From Schizochytrium sp. TIO01 (Eukaryota > Protista > Bigyra: Labyrinthulomycetes), in NCBI GenBank assembly GCA_004764695.1, contig SMSO01000031.1:6616761-6680760 (forward strand): 64,000 nt of DNA, written 5' to 3'. The translations under genes were made by a program, and so were the position numbers. The notes below the pieces were generated by a model that ran no database searches, was not told where the DNA came from, and saw only the letters and a list, made by a program, of their open reading frames with translations. This document shows, piece by piece, positions 56,959-64,000 of the stretch. Numbering within the stretch: the first letter of the stretch is position 1; each line of letters starts with the position of its first letter.

Positions 56959-57717
56959 TCAATTTCCTTTTTCTGTAGCCTAGCGTAGCTAGCGTCTAGC
57001 TGGTCCTACGAAGTCCCGTATGTTTCCTCGCTGGTGTTTCGCAGGGTCAATTCGAGTCCGTACCTGTGTAATAGAATGAATGAATGAATGTAGAAAGGAC
57101 GATGGTTCTTGCGAATGGCGATGGATGATAGCTATCTTGAAGATGGAAAATGAATTCGAGAAAGCCTTGATCCCAAAATATGCAAAGGCTCAGGGCTCCT
57201 CGCGGCTCTGCCGAAGAAAACCAGCTCAGGAACAGGCTTGAAAGCCCTTCACCAGGAACTTGAAGAAGTTCTTCCCCACTTACTTTCTTCTTGAAATCTT
57301 AGGTTCATTCATTCATTCATTCATTCATCGTTCATTTTTATCATATTAAAAAAAAATATAAAATATATATATATAAACAGCAAAAAACCTTTGTAAAAGT
57401 AAGTCACTGAATAAGCCGAACGACAGACAGTACTACAAACAATTCTATAGGTACCGCATAGCATGGTCTCTTTCTTTCTTTCTTTCTTCTTTTCCTTGAA
57501 AGAAAGAAGAACAAAGCAGGCGCAAAGGTACTTTCTTTCTTTCTTTCTTTCTTTCTTACTTAAGTACTTATCGTGCAATAGTGAGCGGAGGAGCCCCAGA
57601 ACCCCTCGCTCCGCTTCTCTTCTCTCCTCTTCCCTTCCCCAGCCCCAGGCATGCGCTCCCCAGCTCATGCACTGGCTGCTTGCTCCTCCTTGCCAGACGT
57701 GCCAGAAGACGCGATAT

Positions 57718-57847
57718 CACAGACATCGAAGCAGACATCGAAGCAGACATCGAAGAAGACATTGAAGAAGACCTCCAAGGCCTCGAAGAGAGAGAGAGAG
57801 AGCGCTATCGTTGAAGGCGCGGTCACTCAAGTTCATCGAAGAAGGAT

Positions 57848-57938
<91 letters not shown>
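57718..57938. repeat. 12-bp (AGACATCGAAGC)-like repeats, (GA)n and long (CTTT)n
   Basis: Directly visible. Confidence 0.85.
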
Positions 57939-58384
57939 GCTTTGAGCAAATCGAAAGGAGAGAACTGCGCTGCTTTTTAGCTTTTAGTCAATTGAAAATT
58001 GCTTCTACTTTTGATTCATTAAAAAAAACTTTAAAAAAAACTTCAAAAAAACACACTAAAAGGAAAGACATACACAGAGTAAGTAATTAACAGCAATTTT
58101 ATAAAATTTAAAGAAAGAAAAAAGGCACCCCCTTTTTCGCCCTGCAAGGAAGGCGAGGCAGGAAACCAAAATAAAAGCTCTGCGAGTTAGAGAACTCCAC
58201 GTGTAAAACAACTCAACTCAACTCAACTCGAGCAGAGAGCCTGAACTCTCAAAGACAGACTTGGAAACGCAAAAAGCTTTGGAATCCATGGATCGACCCT
58301 GCTCCACTGCGACTGCTGTCTGTCTGTCTCCCTTCGCCGCGAGGAAGCTATGCATCGCAGGTAGCAGCACCAAAGGTTTGGCTT

Positions 58385-58705
58385 TGCATTATTGCATTGC
58401 ATTGCATTATCTTATATTATTGCATTATATTATATTATTGCATTATATTATTGCATTATATTATTGCATTGCATTATTGTGAGACAGATTATGTGTGCCC
58501 AATGGATACGAAGATGGGAAACGAAATGAAGATCCAGAGCTCCTCAAGTTCGAAGAAGCCCGACTTGGCGATGCGACATTCTCTCCGCGTCCAAGAGACC
58601 GTCCATCATCGCTCTCCGTGCATCCATCCTCCCCGTGAAACGTAGTGGAATGGACTCGGAGTGGAATGAAGTGGAATGGAATGGAATGGAGTGGAATGGA
58701 ATGGG
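58385..58705. repeat. (ATTGC/ATT)n and (TGGAA)n simple repeats
   Basis: Visible at ~58385-58478 and ~58646-58705. Confidence 0.85.
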
Positions 58706-58992
58706 AACTGTTTTGGGGCAGTCCATCTCATCGTTCATTCGCTGGGGAAAGGCAGCTGATTCACTCTCGAATCGCTTGCAGCAGCAGAGGTAGGTATTTT
58801 AACCGTGTTCTAGTCGCCGCTGTAGCCGCGGGTACGTACTAAATGGCGAAGCGCTTGGTCCGAAATGGAGATACTCGAAGCGAGAAAACGAATTTAAGTA
58901 TTATTAATAATAATAGTGATGATAATAATAAGTAAACATACATCTTTGTTTGGTTTTAAATGGTGCCATTTGAATTTATTTGTATTTTAGAG

Positions 58993-59033
58993 TTCGAATT
59001 TCGAATTTCGAATTTCGAATTTCGAATTTTGAA
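58993..59033. repeat. (TTCGAAT)n 7-bp tandem repeat
   Basis: About 5 copies directly visible. Confidence 0.85.
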
Positions 59034-59834
59034 TATTTGGAGAATGGAGCGCACGAGATGAGACGAGGAGGAGGATTGGTGGTGGCAATGCGAAAGGAGG
59101 CGCTGCGGAGCCCAGGGAGAAAGGCGCGAGGAGGGAGGGAGAGGGACCTGCGTGGCCGCTGCGCCCTTCTTGCTCTGCGCTGCCTTTGTCTCTGGCCCCA
59201 TTGGCCGCCGGGGCGAAGGAGAAGAGCAGAAGAAGAGCAATGGCAATCGTTGCAACCGTCGACGGCGGCAGAGTTTTCCAAGTTACCAAGCTTTCAAATC
59301 TTTCTATTTTAGGTTTATTCTTCGAATGGGCTTGTTTTGAAAATTATGTTCGAAATAACAACGTCATTTTAAACTTCTGTGTATTTTATTATTATTGCTG
59401 CTGTTATTATTGCTATTATTATCATGAAACGAAATGTTTGTATTTATTTTATTTTATCGCGCCATGGTTCGAGGCGAAAGGCTGAAGCGGGCTCTGGAAA
59501 GGGTGAAGAAGCGCCGCAGCGGAGAGAAGAGAAGCGAAGGCAGACGAAGGAAGCGCCGGAGAGCCGCTTTGGGCGCAGAGAAACTGAGGAGACAGACAGA
59601 CAGACACCTTGCTTACTACCTAAACAGGAGCGCCGGTAGGCTCTTTTCAGAGCTAGCTCATTAACTGGAGCGAATAAAATACGCCGCTTCAGTGAGTGAG
59701 TGAGTGAGTCTGTGTGTGTGTGTGAGAGAGAGAGAGAGTGCGAAGTAAAACTTTTCTTACTCACTTTTTCGTCTGGAAAAGGAAGGAACTGAAAACGAAA
59801 TGGCTGAAAAGAATGAAATTCGAATTCATTCCAA

Positions 59835-59854
59835 AGAAGAAGAAGAAGAAGAAG

Positions 59855-59885
<31 letters not shown>

Positions 59886-60470
59886 CTGATGATATGATAA
59901 GTCAAACCCGAATTCGAAGTTGAACGAAACAGACGGAGAAGAAGACGGCGACGGCCAACGAAGCGCCCGTCAGTCGCCTGCTTGCTTGCTTGCTTCGGAG
60001 AGCGAGGAAGGGCTCTCTGGACGTGGCCTTGAGACGCCAGACGAGGGGAATCGAGGCTGGCTGAGGAACCGAGGAGAGAAAGGACAAGAATCGAGGTTTT
60101 CGCAGCCCAGAAGAACAGGAGTGCACTTGTCAATGAAAGAAAGCTCAGCTTCTTCTTCTTCTTCTTCTTCTTCTTCTTCAGCCTCGTTCAGTCTCTCTAT
60201 CTCTCACACACACGAAGTGAATAACTAACTATCACTAACTAACGAACTAACGAACTAACTACCAAAGCAGTAGAAGAAGAAGAGAAGATAAAAGAAAGAG
60301 AAGAGAAAGAGAAAGAGAAAGAGAAAAGGAAAAAGAAAAAGAAAGAAAAAGAAGGCAGAAGAGAAGAAGGAAGAGAAAAATAGAAACAAACTTGAAGGAA
60401 GTGAGAATAAATAGAAAAGGAACAGAGGAATGAAAAATAATAAAGAAGGGATAAAGAGGTAGTAGATCAA
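59835..60470. repeat. (GAA)n, (TTC)n and purine-rich low-complexity tract
   Basis: Directly visible. Confidence 0.85.
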
Positions 60471-60616
60471 TCAGAGAGCAAAGCAGAACAATAAGCGAAA
60501 AGAGATTTTTGAAAGCAAAAGCGAAGAGCATCGCAGCAGACCTCGCTCGCTCGCTGGCTGGCTGGCTGGCGGCGGCGCGCGGCGGCGATTCTCTCTGGCG
60601 CGGTCTGCGCCGGTGG

Positions 60617-63298
60617 ATGTGGCCCGCGCGCCACGCAGGACCGCCCGATCGTAGCTCGCTCCCGCTCCCGGCCCGCGCTTGTGGTGCTGCACAGCGGCCT
60701 CTGAGCCTGCATCACCTTCAAATTCATCAGCACCCTGCTGCTGCTGAGCAACGGCAAGAGCGACGACCCCTGCTGAAGCACCAGCAAACTCAACCGAAGA
60801 GACAAAATTGCCACGAAAGGCAACAACTGCAGGGACAACAACTACAACAGAAGCAGCAGGATTGGTCTGCTAGCCAGAACGACCTTGAAGACAGACCTGG
60901 ACTTGGCCAAGTCGAAACTTTTGAGTCTGAGTTCGATTTGAGAATCGACATAGAGAATCTGAGACCCCCCGTGGCAGAAGCACCCAGTATGGGCCGCACC
61001 CGCAAAGTGGCACCCAGCAGCAAGCCCGGGAATAAATTTGTAGACAGCGCTCCAGCATCGATGTCTGGACCGCAGCAGAACCTGACGCAGCAACATCCGA
61101 CGGCAATCTCGTCGGCAGCACAACCATCGCCGAGATCTAGCGTCGCAACAAACAATGTGGCTAGCTCTGGAGGAGGATCGGCACCCAAATACTACTGCAG
61201 AGCCTGTAATGAACTTTTCCCGAACTGGAGCCAATGCCTTAACCACGTGCGAACAGCAGAGGCTGACAATGACCCAGAACTCTTTAAGCTCACCACGACG
61301 CCAGAAGGGCGCAGGGAACTGCAAAAGGTATCCAAGTACGTCTCAGGAGACCCAGCAGCAGCATCGCCAGCGGGCAGTGGTCTCAACACCCCCGCCCCAA
61401 CTCCTCCTGTGACACCCAGAAATACAATCAGAACACCCACGCCTACGGGAACCTCCTCGGTAACGCCAATCTCATCAGACACCAACAACTACAGACCTCA
61501 TGTCAACACCTCCTCACACAACGCTAATAACGTTGAAAGATCCAGGTCAAGGCCTGAATTGTGCTCGTCGTCTTCGTCCAGTTCCATCCCAACCTCTCCC
61601 GAATGCACCGACCAATACGAATACCAGCAATCGCAGCAGCACTTTCTTCCGCCGCCCCCTTCATCCTTCTCCAACCAGGCTCCCGAGAACCACCCAGACA
61701 TGCACGTGCCCAAGCCGCAACGCATGGCAACAAATGCCATAGTAGCGCAGCACATGTCCGGCTCTACGAGCGCCAACACTAGCACCAGCAACGCCAGTTC
61801 TGCAGGCCGTCCTTCATCCTCTGGAGGATCGTCGACGAAATCACGCATGGCGGAGCTCGTCTCGCTCTTCAGCTCCGGGTCTTTTCTGCGCGGTGGATCC
61901 TCATCCTCTTCGTCGCACTCAAACAGCGCCGCAAGCCACAAGAACAATCTCCCGCATGTAGACAAACGTGACAACCTGACGGCAACTGCATCAGCCGCAG
62001 CCTCCGCGGCTCCTTGCGCGGCGCAACGAAGTAGTAGCAACAGCTCTGCAAACATGAACATGAACTTAGGACAACAACAGCAACAGCAACAGTTCCACGC
62101 CCAAAGTCAAAGTCAACACGGGTTTGTGCCACTTCAAAGCCCGCTGTCAGCGGCGAGCCTCGGGGACCTCGAAGACCATGTCTCCATCGGATCATCATCC
62201 TCAGTGACCATCACTCCCGATACCACACCACAATCTTCCCCCATGGGTGACGAGCGCTTCTTCGAGTTTGGGGACTGCCTTGCGGGGTCATCCCAGTCTC
62301 TGCACCGCGGGCTTATGGTTCCTCAGCGCCACACTACAGTGCCAACTTTGACATCCACATCTAGTGCAGCTTTCCCTGCTACATCACCGTGCTCAACGAC
62401 GTCTACGATGTCTTCTTCGTCCTTGTCTACCATCGGCACACAGCCGCAGCAGTCTGGAGGGTATTTGGTGGCTAGAACCGCAGTAGGTAGTGCTCCGTCG
62501 TCGTCTTTGCACACATCTTCAACCGGCCCTCTCACGAAGACCTCTTCGACGGGCTTTGGTATGAAATATCCTAGAGTAAGAACCGGTAATTTGGCTTCGC
62601 TGACTGTCACCACGACTACACCGACCGCGGCTGGAATGAGCTCGGCTTCGACGACGCCCTCTTCCATTTTGTCCTCCGCGTCGTCAACCTCGTATGGCAG
62701 CAGTAGTGCTGCGACCACACCTGTGGAAGCGTTCACGCCCTCGGTTTCGCTCGTCCTTAATCAAGGTAATAATACGCCTGGAAGTAGCATCCGTTCTCAT
62801 GCTCAACTCCATGCAAAGCGTGCGTCTGCCCTTTACACGGGCCCGCCGCCGCCTGGTTTCCGTTCTTCATCTTCATCGTCTTCGCTCAATTCCATGCACC
62901 CAACGATGACCACGATGATGCGGAATAAATCCACTCCCACCCTCGGTCTTCTCAGTGCTGAAGTCGACCTCCGTGGCGATCAAGATGAGATTGATCACCA
63001 ACACCACGGACAACTCTTCACAAAGCACGCGGCTGCCTCCATGCTGCCGCGACACCTTGAGATCGATCCGAACTTTACATCTTTTTCTCCGTCTGCTTCT
63101 GCAACAACGACGCCAACATCTGCTGCATTCGCTACTTCCGTAGGCACAAGTGCTGCGAGCGTGCCGCCGACACCGTCGGCCTCCCGCCAGCCGGTCTACA
63201 CTCTAAAGGCGATGCCTGATGTTGTAGCAACCAGAATCTGCGAGTTCCTTGATCTCGGGGACTGCGCCAGCTTGTCGCAGGCGATTCTTCTTGAGTAA
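60617..63298 (+). CDS. Ser/Thr/Gln-rich largely disordered protein with a C2H2-like Zn finger and a C-terminal F-box-like motif; start (60617 or 60989) and 3' end uncertain
   Basis: 2.7-kb open frame containing YYCRACNELFPNWSQCLNHV and LKAMPDVVATRICEFLDLGDCASLSQA. The stop overlaps a possible donor (GA|GTAAGG), so the gene may continue. Confidence 0.7.
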   Translation: MWPARHAGPPDRSSLPLPARACGAAQRPLSLHHLQIHQHPAAAEQRQERRPLLKHQQTQPKRQNCHERQQLQGQQLQQKQQDWSASQNDLEDRPGLGQVETFESEFDLRIDIENLRPPVAEAPSMGRTRKVAPSSKPGNKFVDSAPASMSGPQQNLTQQHPTAISSAAQPSPRSSVATNNVASSGGGSAPKYYCRACNELFPNWSQCLNHVRTAEADNDPELFKLTTTPEGRRELQKVSKYVSGDPAAASPAGSGLNTPAPTPPVTPRNTIRTPTPTGTSSVTPISSDTNNYRPHVNTSSHNANNVERSRSRPELCSSSSSSSIPTSPECTDQYEYQQSQQHFLPPPPSSFSNQAPENHPDMHVPKPQRMATNAIVAQHMSGSTSANTSTSNASSAGRPSSSGGSSTKSRMAELVSLFSSGSFLRGGSSSSSSHSNSAASHKNNLPHVDKRDNLTATASAAASAAPCAAQRSSSNSSANMNMNLGQQQQQQQFHAQSQSQHGFVPLQSPLSAASLGDLEDHVSIGSSSSVTITPDTTPQSSPMGDERFFEFGDCLAGSSQSLHRGLMVPQRHTTVPTLTSTSSAAFPATSPCSTTSTMSSSSLSTIGTQPQQSGGYLVARTAVGSAPSSSLHTSSTGPLTKTSSTGFGMKYPRVRTGNLASLTVTTTTPTAAGMSSASTTPSSILSSASSTSYGSSSAATTPVEAFTPSVSLVLNQGNNTPGSSIRSHAQLHAKRASALYTGPPPPGFRSSSSSSSLNSMHPTMTTMMRNKSTPTLGLLSAEVDLRGDQDEIDHQHHGQLFTKHAAASMLPRHLEIDPNFTSFSPSASATTTPTSAAFATSVGTSAASVPPTPSASRQPVYTLKAMPDVVATRICEFLDLGDCASLSQAILLE

Positions 63299-64000
63299 GG
63301 TTCTACGCCATGTGAGATTTTGTGTGTGTGTGAAATTCCCCGCGAATCCACATTTAGCCTGGTACTGACAATGCTTTGACGCAAAACTTGTCCTGTGTGG
63401 CAATCTACTTCCGAACATATCCATCCAATGAGCCTTTTTCTCTCTTTAAAAAATGGGAAAAGGCGCTCGGAGAACCTGTATCGCGCTGTGCATTTTGCTT
63501 CCCACGTCGACGAGACAAACATAGAGATCATTACTTTCGTCTTTCTCGCCACTACATGCAACCACGCACGGCCTTCCGTTGAACGAACGCTTTACTGCTC
63601 CTATCCCCTGATATATGTGAGCTTTGAAGCTTTAATATCGCTTGATGTTCGACTCCGGAAGTCTGAACTTACTGCCAACACAGGCCCTATAAGGAAATCT
63701 TTACATCTCAACTTTATAATTCTGTTCCTTTTTTCACTGCATATATCTATCCAAATCGTTGGAATGTCAATCTTTCCTTTATCTATCAGGTGAATAACTT
63801 TCTTGAATTGGTATTATTTCCAAAAATCTTAACAAAGTGCACAACATCTATCATAATCAGCTCAGTAAGTCGTTATTATCTCTGAGTGTGTTTCCGAAGA
63901 TCAACTTCGTGTTCTGTTTTCAGAAATCTCTGTACGAAAGAAACCCTTGACACCATAAGTCGTTGTTGGTTGCATAAAATGAAGCACCGCAAAACTTAAA

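Noticed and set aside
57321-60531. Numerous 60-230 aa ORFs
   Set aside because: Dominated by simple-repeat translations, with no domain signal.

Overview
Eukaryotic nuclear DNA from an intron-poor, microsatellite-rich protist. It looks thraustochytrid/stramenopile-like, but that assignment is inference. The most striking structure is invisible in the ORF track. At 1.6-11.6 kb, two convergent genes carry leucine-rich-repeat (LRR) arrays built as one ~28-aa LRR per exon (mostly exactly 84 nt), and all 32 introns are in phase 2 at the same position of the repeat. Gene A (+, 22 exons, 1637-7845) encodes 20 LRR exons, a helical region, an atypical protein kinase, a RING and a RING2/IBR-like domain; the last domain is cut off by a 1-nt frameshift. 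Gene B (-, 12 exons, 11629-8240) is a ROCO protein with 10 LRR exons, a Roc GTPase with an altered G3 motif and a truncated COR. Together they look like a modular, shuffle-ready receptor locus of possible immune type. The rest of the window holds Prp22/DHX8, a three-member family of small presequence-plus-TM proteins with a PAAGQxxGGHP motif, a GT34 glycosyltransferase, a TTL-like ligase, STI1/HOP, an OMS1-like methyltransferase, a Rab5/22-like GTPase, a coiled-coil protein and a very large intronless ATR. It ends with a ~12 kb gene-poor repeat-rich stretch and a Ser/Thr-rich Zn-finger/F-box-like ORF. All exon coordinates were derived by hand from splice signals and reading frame, without RNA evidence.
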